Source: Cystobasidiomycetes sp. EMM_F5 (lineage: Eukaryota). Taken from it: a DNA stretch of 64,000 nucleotides. Position 1 is the stretch's first letter. Every line of letters begins with the position of its first letter. Location: contig JBPGPT010000009.1 in NCBI GenBank assembly GCA_051047955.1, positions 434,001-498,000 on the forward strand, in the 5' to 3' direction. The translations under genes and the position numbers were made by a program. The notes under the pieces are model-generated. The model was not told the DNA's origin and ran no database searches. It saw only the letters and a program-made list of their open reading frames with translations. Below, piece by piece: positions 12,201-22,818 of the stretch.

Positions 12201-14438
12201 CAAGCCTATGCCCAATGACGCATACTCGAGTCACATCGTTCCGGCTGTCAAAGCGTTCTTCCAATCTATTGCACTATCACCCGGCAACTCGCTGCAAGAC
12301 ACTTTGCGCTTGCTGACTTTGTGGTTCAAATACGGCTCACACGGAGAAGTTGCTGCGGCTATTTCCGAGAGCTTTAGCAGTGTCAGCGTGAACATATGGC
12401 TAGAAGTTATCCCTCAGGTGAGGAGGACGCTGCTACCAACAGCTTGGTAGGGCATACCCGACTGACTCTACCGCTAGCTCATTGCTCGGATTCACGCATC
12501 AAGCAGCACCGTACGGAAACTCATCCACCATGTATTAACTGATGTTGGCAAAGCCCATCCGCAAGCTTTGGTGTATCCATTGACGGTAGCGTCAAAGTAC
12601 CCTAGTCCGCCTCGCCGCCGCGCAGCATTGGCTATCATCGACCGGATAGCTGAGCATAGTGCCAACCTCGTAGAACAGGCAAAACTGGTATCACAGGAGC
12701 TGATTCGAGTGGCGATACTGTGGCACGAGCTATGGCACGAAGGTCTCGAGGAGGCGTCACGACTTTATTACGGCGACGGTAACGTCGAAGCCATGTTTGC
12801 GACACTAGATCCGCTACACGATATGCTTGAAAAGGGCCCCGAAACTCTTCGAGAGATAGCTTTTCAGCAACAATTCGGTCGAGACCTGCAGGACGCTCGA
12901 GAATCGTGCCGAAGATATCAGACCTACGGCGAGGTGTCTGACTTGAATCAAGCTTGGGACTTGTATTACCAAATATTCAAGCGCTTGGCGCGAACTCTGC
13001 CTACTTTCATGGTACTCGAGCTGCAACAGGTGTCTCCGAAACTATTGGCTGTTCACGATCTGGAGCTGGCAGTGCCTGGAACATATCACGTAGGCAAACC
13101 AATCATTCGGATCATCAAGTTTGCCGAGGCCTTCGATGTCCTTACTTCGAAACAGAGGTATGACAGCTGAGCTGTAGGTATGTGGTAGACCAGGCTGATT
13201 ATATTTTCGCTCAGGCCGCGCAAACTAAAATGTTCCGGAAGCGATGGCAAAGACCATGCATTCCTCCTGAAAGGCCACGAGGATTTGCGGCAAGATGAAC
13301 GCGTCATGCAGCTTTTCGGCTTGGTGAACACTCTGCTTGGAAAGGATCCGGAGACATTCAAGCGTCATCTGATGGTACAACCATACCCGATCATCCCGTT
13401 GGCGCCGAATTCTGGTCTGTTGGGATGGGTAGACAATACCGATACCCTGCACGTACTAGTGAAGAATTATCGCGGTGTGTTCTGCTCATCTGCGATCTGG
13501 GTCTTACTTTGCTGACGTACTTTTAGATTCACGGAAGATCTTGCTTAACATCGAGCATCGAATTATGTTGCAAATGGCACCAGATTATGACCACATGGCT
13601 CTAATGCAGAAGATAGAGGTTTTCGAGTACGCTATCGATAACACGACGGGCCAGGATTTGTATCGCGTCCTCTGGCTAAAGAGTCGCAATTCCGAGGCCT
13701 GGCTCGATAGGCGGACGAACTACACACGGACACTCGCTACCATGAGCATGGTTGGCCATATCTTAGGTCTCGGTGTACGCAGTCCACTTTGCGGCGCACG
13801 GAGGAATGGGCTGACACTATGCTTGACAGGATCGGCATCCTTCGAACTTACTGCTGGACAGATTGTCAGGGGCAGTTGTGCACGTCGATTTCGGAGATTG
13901 CTTCGAAGTTGCCATGGTCCGAGACAAATATCCGGAGCGAGTACCGTTCCGTCTTACGCGGATGCTGGTGCAAGCCATGGAAGTTTCGGGTATCGAGGGC
14001 ACATTCCGAATAACTTGCGAGCACAGCATGCGCGTCATCCGCGACAACAAAGAGTCTATCATGGCCGTCTTGGAGGCATTTGTGCACGATCCGCTTATCA
14101 ATTGGCGTCTCATCAACCAGGGACGGCGGCCGGGCGGTACAAGAAACGAGCGAGGTAATGCACGCGGGGGTATTGCTGAAACGAACCCTATGGATGACGA
14201 GGCCAATGAAGCTCTCAACCAGAAGGCACTGCAAGTCGTTGATCGAGTATCGCAAAAACTGACTGGCAGGGACTTCCGCCCTACCGACTCATTGTCCGTG
14301 CGCGAGCAGGTCCAGAAACTGATATTACAAGCCACTTCGGTTGAAAATCTGTGCCAGACATTCGTCGGATGGTGTGCTTTGTAAGTTAGAAGTCTTATGT
14401 CCTGCGCACAGCTTCTGACGGTCCTTTGCAGCTGGTGA
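6296..14438 (+). CDS. TOR1: TOR serine/threonine kinase (HEAT, FAT, FRB, PIKK, FATC), multi-exon
   Basis: Motifs [28 protein letters not shown] (FRB), [37 protein letters not shown] and [14 protein letters not shown] (FATC). Confidence 0.99.
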
Positions 14439-14972
14439 CGGGGCCGCACCCAAACATGTGCGTGTATACACATTGATCTTGTGTCTGCCATTCGTCAGTA
14501 TGATTAATTTCAGTAGAGTCTTAGATAGTTGATTCATTGTCGTTGTAATCGTATGGTCTAGATCTGATACCCGTATGTACAGACTTCATGCAAGTCATGG
14601 ACAGTGTGAATGCAAAATGTGTGTGTCTGCAATGGATTTCACGAGCTAAACGGCAGAGTAATGTATCGTAGGACCGTCTCTACCGTACTGAGAGTCGACG
14701 AGTCAGCCTTTAACATTTTTTGGCGTAAGTCCTCACAGCCAACCCGGGGGAAAGTTTGCAAAAGCGTGACTTCGACCGGTATCATTCCACTGCAATCAGG
14801 TCAACGAGCTCTGGTGTCTGTCCTCGTCAAGCTGTTCTCTTCGGTGCTCCGTATCACCTCGCGCAGTCTCCCTCGAATCTGCAGAGCCCTGCGTCAGCAG
14901 AATAACAACGTCAAATTTTGGAATATCGAAACATCAGTTCTTGGCTCACCGTATTCCAAACGCTCATCGAGC

Positions 14973-17173
14973 ATGGCGTCGACAAACTCTCCCTTATATA
15001 GTGGTCTGCCGCCGCTGCCTTCCGTGCCAAGCACTGAGCCCAGCAGAATTGCGCTTGACGCTTTTCGTATCGCGATAGCAGACCAAGTGTCCAAACTCAT
15101 CGGTGTTGACATCGAAAAGGTCTACGAGGGCGTAACTATCGGTGCAAAAGGCTGCGATTGCAATCTCGCCTTGGCTCGCTTTCGCTTGAAAGAGGATGCA
15201 AAAGCTTTGGCCAAACGTATTGCCGAACAAGTGCGATGTGAATCCCCCGCAAGATTCGAGTACAGCTAACACCTTCAATTCCCATAACAGTTTGTCCCAA
15301 ATGATTATATCGCCAAAGCCGAAGCCAACGCCGCCTTTGTTAATTTTCACTTCCATACTCCCACTCTTGCTCGCTTAACTCTACATCAGATCAACCAGCT
15401 CAACCACCTCGACCCGAAACCTGTCGCCTCAACTTCCAGGCAATTACCACCCGCCGTCCTTGCACAGAAAGAAAAGGAGGCCGCGGATGGCGAACCACAG
15501 CCGGAAGTTGCGGCATCAGAAGCCGCCTTTGGTTATGGCACTAACACATCTGGCCAAGGGAAGCGTATGCTTATCGACTTCTCTTCTCCAAATATTGCCA
15601 AACCTTTCCATGCTGGTCATCTGCGGAGCACAATCATCGGAATGTTTATTGCGAATGTATATACCGCTTCTGGCTGGGACGTGGTGAAGATGAACTATTT
15701 GGGAGATTGGGGAAAGCAGTATGGCCTGCTAGCAGTTGGTTTTGAACGGTACGGTAATGAGCAAGAGCTAGTCGAGGATCCGATCAAGCACTTGTATTAT
15801 GTGTACGTCAAGGTCAATAACGACGGCACAAGCGAGATCCAAGAAGCCATACAGGAGCAACGCAAGAAGCTTATTGCAGAAGCGGAGGCAAAAGGCGAAC
15901 AGGCGACAATTTTGGATGAAAATCAAGAAAAGGTGGAGCTGACGCTCGAATTGAAGCCTACCCGCGCTGAAAAGGAGTATGGAGACCGTGTTTCGCCTAC
16001 ACACACTGCGGCCCGTGCCTTATTCCGCAAGATGGAGGATGGTGAGCCGGAAGCGATCGCGATTTGGCAACGCTTCAGAGATTTGTCCATCAAGAAGTAC
16101 AAGCAAGTGTACGCACGACTGAATATCACATTTGACGTCTACTGGGGCGAGTCGCAAGTCGGGCAAGACAGCATGGCGAACGCTATCGAGACGCTGCAAA
16201 AGATGAACCTTGTATACGAAGACAAGGGCGCACTCATAATAGATCTGGAAAAGTATAAGCTCTCGAAGACTCCTGTTCGCAAGCGGGATGGAACAGCGCT
16301 GTACATCACTCGTGATATTGGCGGAACATATGAACGATACCGCGATTATAAATTTGACAAGCACATTCACGTCGTCGCTACACAGCAAGAGCTGCACTTC
16401 AAGCAACTCTACAAGACTTTGGAATTGATGGAATATCCTTGGGCGAAGAATCAACTTCACGTAGAGTGAGTACGAGTTATTGCACAGGCACCAAAGCCCG
16501 CTTGACGACGTGTCACTACCGCTCCCCATCTTACAGCTTTGGAATGGTGCTTGGCATGTCAACAAGGAAAGGCACCGTCGTTTTCCTCGAAGACATTCTG
16601 GACGAATCGCAGGAAGCGATGCACAATCAGATGCGAAAGAATGCAGAAAAGTATGCAGCCATAGAAGATCCCAATCATACATCGGACGTCGTTGCCATCA
16701 CTGCCGTCAAGATACAGGACATGGGAGGGAAGCGAGGCAAAGACTACGAATTCAAGTGGGAACGAATGACCTCGTTCGAAGGCGATACGGGTCCATACCT
16801 ACAGTACGCTCATGTCCGGATGGCATCGGTAGAGCGGAAAGCGGCGCCGGACGTGGTATTGCCACCGCCGAGCGAACGAGCAACCGCTCTCGACACCTCA
16901 TTACTTGTCGAACCAAAAGCCCGCGATATTCTATACCTGCTGGCCACATACCCGGATGTCATAAAGACAGCCTTCAAGACGCACGAGCCAAGTAACATTT
17001 GCACTTACCTCTTCCGCCTGTGTCACGCAATCTCATCCGCTTGGGAGGTCTTGCTTGTACGGGGACAACCAAAGGACATTGCGCTCGTCCGGCTCTGGCT
17101 GTTCGTGTCGGCCAAAGAGGTCTTGTCGAGCGGCATGAAGATACTCAGTCTGACACCTTTGGAGAGAATGTGA
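14973..17173 (+). CDS. Arginyl-tRNA synthetase (two introns)
   Basis: Motifs FSSPNIAKPFHAGHLRSTIIG, NYLGDWGKQYG, GMSTRKGTVVFLEDIL, FEGDTGPYLQYAH and the class-typical end LTPLERM*. Confidence 0.98.
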
Positions 17174-17332
17174 GGATGTGTCAATCGCTGCAAAAGTCTT
17201 GTTGTCGCAATAGAAGCAGTCATCGACGTAATTTACAGGAAATTTGTACCTGAGCGCTGTCGCCGTGTTATCGGCTTCTCGCGCAGACCAACATGGTGTC
17301 TGGACAGTGTAAATGACCGGCCTGCTTGAGTC

Positions 17333-18199
17333 ATGCCATCAGCAACTCTGGGCTGTCGAGCGGGGTCCATAGCAATACGCGCTGCGAAAGCCTCTAACCG
17401 AGATGCTCGCACGCTTGCCGACCTTTTCGTCCGCAGCTTTTCACGGGACCCGTCAATATGCTGGGTGAATAATTCTGGCTCTTATTGCTCATGGCTTCGT
17501 ACTGAGCTATCGCATTTGGCTGCGTTTCAGACATACAACTTGCCGTCTGTCAAGCACGTCAAATTGGAAGAGTCTCCAATACATCGGGAACTCGTGCGCA
17601 TGCGAGCAGCCGACTACAATCGCGCTCTGAGTGATCCTACTTGGCACGCTTTCATCGCAAGGGACGTCGACACGGACCAAGATGTAGGCTTCTCTGCGTG
17701 GATCTCTCCCGATCTCCCAGGTTGCAGGCGGAGTATCACACGATACGAGCAGTTGAGAGGCCTGGCCTTCGAAATATTTGATCTGAGCATGTCGTCGCGA
17801 CTATGGGAACAACTGCAATGTCGCATATGGTATCGCCACTTGGGCATGCAGGCATTCGATAGACGACGATCTGGGAGCGCTGAGGCCGCAACATGGTATA
17901 CAAGATATATGCGGTCAGAAGATAACCAAAGAGGGTACTACAATCTCTCCCTGTTAGGCGTGCTTCCGGAATACAGGGGTAAAGGCATTGCGTATCAACT
18001 GGCCGGATGGGGCTTGGAGCAGGCGGATGAACACGATCTCAGCGTATACGTTTTTGACGCAAGTCCGGGTGGTGTCAAGGTTTACGAGAGGCTTGGTCTC
18101 ACTAAACTGGGCGAAGATGTTTTGCACAGGGACGAAGCAAATGTAGCAATTCCAGAGGTAACAATGAGAAGATTACCCCGCAGTTCCCGTCAGACCTGA
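17333..18199 (+). CDS. GNAT-family N-acetyltransferase
   Basis: Acetyl-CoA motif LGVLPEYRGKGIAYQL plus ASPGGVKVYERLG. There is a probable in-frame intron at 17465-17530. Confidence 0.85.
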   Translation: MPSATLGCRAGSIAIRAAKASNRDARTLADLFVRSFSRDPSICWVNNSGSYCSWLRTELSHLAAFQTYNLPSVKHVKLEESPIHRELVRMRAADYNRALSDPTWHAFIARDVDTDQDVGFSAWISPDLPGCRRSITRYEQLRGLAFEIFDLSMSSRLWEQLQCRIWYRHLGMQAFDRRRSGSAEAATWYTRYMRSEDNQRGYYNLSLLGVLPEYRGKGIAYQLAGWGLEQADEHDLSVYVFDASPGGVKVYERLGLTKLGEDVLHRDEANVAIPEVTMRRLPRSSRQT

Positions 18200-18352
18200 G
18201 CAGGCGGTAGATCAGCATCTCCCCAACATTATGCAAGTCGCAGTGTTCGAAGTGCGGTCTTAGGTTCTACCGTAGACTGCTCCTCATGATGTAGCCATAT
18301 TGACAAGAAGCAATAGACAGTTGCGCAAAACAGTAGTGGAGCAGGAACGCTA

Positions 18353-19869
18353 TTATACATTCGCATGCTCATCTATAAACCTCTCCCATGCCTGCTCTAT
18401 GCGTGGAATTACCAGAGTCTCTACCCACCCGCCAGCGGGGAATGTCTTCTGCCACTGATTATGCAAATGTATGCTGAAAATGCTATCGAGCTTCATCTCA
18501 AGCTCTCTCCTCCCTTCTTTGGAGCTGATCCACGCGTCGTCGGCCAGGAAGGGATCTGCTAAGCGATTGTCGAGTCGACAATTTCTGGCATCGGTGAGAC
18601 AGTATGGCAGGATCGAAAATGGCTTGACGCCTGCTTGCAAGAGCCTTCTGTGAAGCTGGTGGTACAGTAAACTCCCCCAATCTGTCGATGCTGGGCGCGG
18701 CGCTGGACCAGTAGCCATAATGTGCAGCATCTCGCACAAGTACGGAGAATGAGCGTAAAAGTGCATCACGGCGCCATTCAGAACGATGTACGGCTTATCG
18801 TAGCAGTCCCACTGGGTGACCCACTCTTGCTCAAATAGCGGGCGGAAGTCGCGCAAGATGAGCGTGTCCATGTCTATCCAGACTCCGCCAAACCTGTACA
18901 ATACGAGAACTCGCACGAGATCGCCGTCGACCCAAGCGCGATGATCTACTGTGCCGACTGCATTTGCGTTGAGCAGCTGATGATTCTCCATCGGAGTATC
19001 GCTTGCCAGCTCGTGGCTGTCTATGACACGAATGTTGAGCCTGCCACGAGCACCAGCGAGAACGGGCGTCAATAGAGCGTTATGAGCAAGTCGAAAATCA
19101 TTTGTCCACAGAATGACTGATGAATGATCAGGATCTTGCGTAGCTAGGACGCTTTTGAGAAGCAGGATCTGGCGCCGACTCAGCGGGGCAAGGTCAGCTC
19201 GCCAGTATAGGTGATAGATTACGTGTTCTGGAAGCTCTTGACCTGCGAAAGGAATACTAGGAAGTTGCTTGCTGAAATGATAGCAGTCCAGCCCAAAGCG
19301 CATGGGTATGCCTGGTGAGAGGGAGAGGTAATTCGGTGATGCCGCCAAGGTCTGGTTGTAGCGCGAGGAAGCGATATTCTCTCGACGAAAGCAAGTTCCC
19401 GACAGCGGAGGGACTGGCATTATCGATTGCTGAATCCAACCTCGCCGAAAGAATGCCAGCTCGATGTACGTATAGTAGGTGTAGTTGAAGTATAAAAGCT
19501 GATAGTAAGAGATAGATCAGCAAGACGAAGATTAAGCCCGTAGTCATTCGCACTGACAAACAACAACAGTCCGACGAATGCCAGCAGAACAGTCTTCTTC
19601 CAGAATTGCTTCTTCGATGCCCCTGCGCGTATTAGATATCTAAGGAGAGCACCCGGCCAGCCGGACAAATTTCTTGCTTTTCCATGAACATTCGCTGTCC
19701 AGCCCGACTTGTACTTCTTGTGCTTGTCGTCCGCGTCGCTGAGCCGTGCTTTCGACGTTGAATAGTCTACATACGTCGGAAGACGATGGCTCTTCCCAGC
19801 AGTCTGGAGCGGAAGCGCGACATGCTTTCGCAATTTGTGAGGCGATGCTAGGCCATCCAGGCCGTTCAT
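18353..19869 (-). CDS. Glycosyltransferase family 32 (DXD motif), type II membrane protein
   Basis: DLVRVLVLYRFGGVWIDMDTLILRDF motif. ORFs 19420-19869 and 18353-19420 are joined by an intron at ~19501-19557, giving the TM segment VLLAFVGLLLF|LLYFNYTYY. Confidence 0.85.
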
Positions 19870-20066
19870 GCGACGAAGCGGCAGAAAATGTTCTACGTTC
19901 TCAAGTGCGTTGTGAAGTCCGATTAAATCGCATTGAAAGACGTGGCCATGTCAGCATTTGACCGACACCAACAGCTGCCAACACTGCACGCAGACGTGCG
20001 CTGAACAATGCCTTTATAATGTGACCATCTGCGCGCCAATTGCACGCGTTAACAACGTCAACAACA

Positions 20067-20708
20067 ATGATTGGCGATGCTGCCCTCGCGCTCGTTCAAG
20101 ACACGTCAAGATCCCAGCAGACGTCCCTCCTCAGACCCTACCTCGATGAACCAGTGCGCCAGCTTGCGCGAGAAACCCGCTCACTGGGTGAGCAGCTCCA
20201 GGCCGGACAGGAAGTGCTGTCTCAGATAGAGAACGACGACGCGTCCGTCTGCGGGCTGACCGTTGCGGCGCTCACGATGCGGCGCAACAAGCGAGCCATG
20301 CTACTCTATCACTCGCACCGTCTGGATCTACTACGTGACCTGCTGTGGGATGCTGGTATTGGATCGGGAGCCAGTAACATGGCAGGGCTCATGGCAAACA
20401 CATCATGCACGTCCGCCGCCGACGAAGTCAGACGCAACCTCAGCCCGCCAGAGACAGATTTTCTCCGAGCATACGCCAATCTTGTGCGCGAGTACAAGTC
20501 TGCATACATTGATGCCGTCGATCTATCGGCAGGTTCGCTCGATTTACCTCCAAAGGAACTCCACTGTCAAGTACGCGTCCTCAGAGACATTGGCGACATT
20601 GAAACGGAACAAGGCTCTATCAGCTTCAGAAAAGGCTCTCTGGTGTTCGTGCGCAGGGCGGACGTAGACAGGCTCATTGCAAATGGTTCACTGGAAGAAG
20701 TGCTCTGA
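20067..20708 (+). CDS. PSF1: GINS complex subunit Psf1
   Basis: MIGDAALALV, MRRNKRAMLLYHSHRL, LSPPE..F...Y, PPKELHCQVRVLRDIGDIETEQG, VRRADVDRLI..G.LEE. Confidence 0.95.
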   Translation: MIGDAALALVQDTSRSQQTSLLRPYLDEPVRQLARETRSLGEQLQAGQEVLSQIENDDASVCGLTVAALTMRRNKRAMLLYHSHRLDLLRDLLWDAGIGSGASNMAGLMANTSCTSAADEVRRNLSPPETDFLRAYANLVREYKSAYIDAVDLSAGSLDLPPKELHCQVRVLRDIGDIETEQGSISFRKGSLVFVRRADVDRLIANGSLEEVL

Positions 20709-21045
20709 CGTATGACGCGTGTCGTGAGTAATCCCCTGCGAGTCCATATCGACCATTTCATGATTGACCGTCTGTGATCAGACCTCGATGGGTACTCGGC
20801 GCACACATTGCTCGCAAATACATACATATGTCTGTTGTTGTTTTTCAAGTACGCAGAAGGTTTTTGGGGATGATATCAGATCAATAGCAAGCCCGCAGCA
20901 AGTCAATACTGCCAGACCCTCAATTGCATTGCACCTCGCAGTCGGGCATACAACATGGTTCCAGGGCAAGAACTGGTTCGCTACTCTGCTTTATTTCGTA
21001 ACGAAACTGCGCGCAGCTTGCACGAAGCGCATTGACGAGAGCTCT

Positions 21046-22547
21046 CTAGTTCATCTTGCGGATTAGACCGTTGATGTTATCCTCACGGTTACCAACTGTA
21101 CGTCAAGCACACTCAATCAGCTGGCCGGCTTTCCCACTGGAGACAAACAATACTCACGTTCACCGCCTTCGACAAAGTGCTTGAATTTGCGTGTCCTGAA
21201 GCCACCGTTGGGGTTGGAGAGCTTGAATGGCCACAAGAAGTTGGATGCTTGCTTGAAATTTGGTCCGGCAGTGTAGATTTCGTGTACGAGATCTTCGATG
21301 GAGACGATGCCAAACTTGCCGAGAGACTCCTCGATGACCTTGTTATCGTTGAGCGGGATGCGTTGCTTGTTGACCTTGCCGTAACCACGCTTGTAGATGA
21401 GTTCGCGGACAGACTTCAGGTTTGCCTCGCCGTAGGTGACGTACGGCTCGACAAGTTGCAACATGTTGGCGGTCGCCTTGGTGACCTTGATGAAGACACC
21501 ATTGTTGATTTGCAACAGGCGCAGGAGTTGCAGGATCTTGCGGGGTTTAGGCGCAATTTCGTTGATACTATCCGTGTTTTATAACGACAGTGTAAGGAGG
21601 AGTGGAAGTTCGCGACACGAGTAGAAAGCACGAGAGAAGTTATGCATATCAGCATTTGCTTCCGTGCCATCACCATAGTGCTCCGATCTCCCATCCGTCA
21701 CCCGACAACACTGTCTCAACATTGGATTAGATTTTCATGTTGGCCAGGGAACCTGAAAGCTTCCCTGCCATCCGCATAGAGCAGATTGAGCGTGTGTGGA
21801 TCGACGGAGGAGAGGTAGGAAACACTGCAGGTGTTTCAAAAAAATGAGATACTGACCCTCGTAGACGGACGACAAAATAGACTTTGGGTTGGGCGGGGAC
21901 GTAGAATTCGCCAGTAGACTTGGCTACACGACGCAGGCGGATTTCCTCGCGCTCCTTCTTCTTGTACTCGTTGACATACTCCTCAGCACGCTTGAAGGAA
22001 ACTTCGCGCTTGCTCTTGTTGGAGACCTGGTCACGATGGAAGATGGGACAGTCAGCATTTCCATTCTCAATGCACTATGCGAGCCGTCCACCAAAACTTG
22101 TCGAGAGATGGTGTCTCAGTCCCGAAAGATGGTTAATTGATGTCGTTGATTCGTCAGATGCGACCGTCCTGAATTCAGAACGGCGCCTTCGGAAATTTGG
22201 GTATATCGTTTATAATCGTCGACGGGAGCTGATGTGATCCATCAAGACTCTGCTTGTCCACCGGACTCCTTGTCCTGCTCTTAGCCACTTTGGTCGAAAT
22301 TTCGACTGCATGCAAATCGCACGGCCTGAAGCATCGGAGACGGGGAGGCTGGCGAACAGCAGAGATCTCAACTGGTGTGGAGTGCAGCAGATGGCTAGCT
22401 GGCTGGCGACCAGTGGACCAGTGTCTACATATTGTCCTGCAAATTTACCTTTCGCTCCTTGCGAGCAGCAGCGCGCTCTTTCCTCGCCGACTCGTCGACC
22501 TTTCGCTTCTTGAGGAGCGTCTCTGGTACTGGTTGCTGGGCAGACAT
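21046..22547 (-). CDS. RPL7: 60S ribosomal protein L7 (uL30), 4 exons
   Basis: [70 protein letters not shown]. Long introns at 22027-22448 and 21568-21856. Confidence 0.98.
22113..22248 (-). ncRNA. Intronic box C/D snoRNA with two LSU rRNA guides (snR39B-like and snR40-like)
   Basis: On the minus strand: gtc-TTGATGG (C-like) ... TATACCCAAATTT-CCGA (guide + D') - hairpin - CTGACGA (C') ... ACCATCTTTCGGGA-CTGA (guide + D) - gac. Both guides complement conserved LSU rRNA segments (CCCGAAAGAUGGU and AAUUUGGGUAUA). Confidence 0.85.
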
Positions 22548-22818
22548 GGTGTTACAGACAGGCCTTTGGTGAGCAAGACTTTGTGTCAGTCCCTTTGCTT
22601 TCTCCTGGGTCGGGCTCGCAGAATTTGTGATCGAGGAAAAATCGGGCAAATGGAAGACTGGCAGAGCTTTTGCGGAGATCCCGAGCAAAGGTGGGGAAAG
22701 CAGAGAGGAAACATGTGCGTTCGTGTTCAATCTGGTCGTTGCTCATCAAGCTAGCTACACCGTCTATTAGACACAACAACAATCGTAACCCCATATCCGC
22801 CTATAGCGTAATCGTCAC

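Noticed and set aside
19257..19869. Apparent frameshift or two overlapping genes at the GT32 locus
   Set aside because: A GTCAGT...TATCAG intron joins the two ORFs in frame.
20044..20049. ACGCGT (MCB box) before the replication gene PSF1
   Set aside because: It is a single hexamer 18 nt from the ATG, probably in the 5' UTR, and occurs elsewhere in the window by chance.
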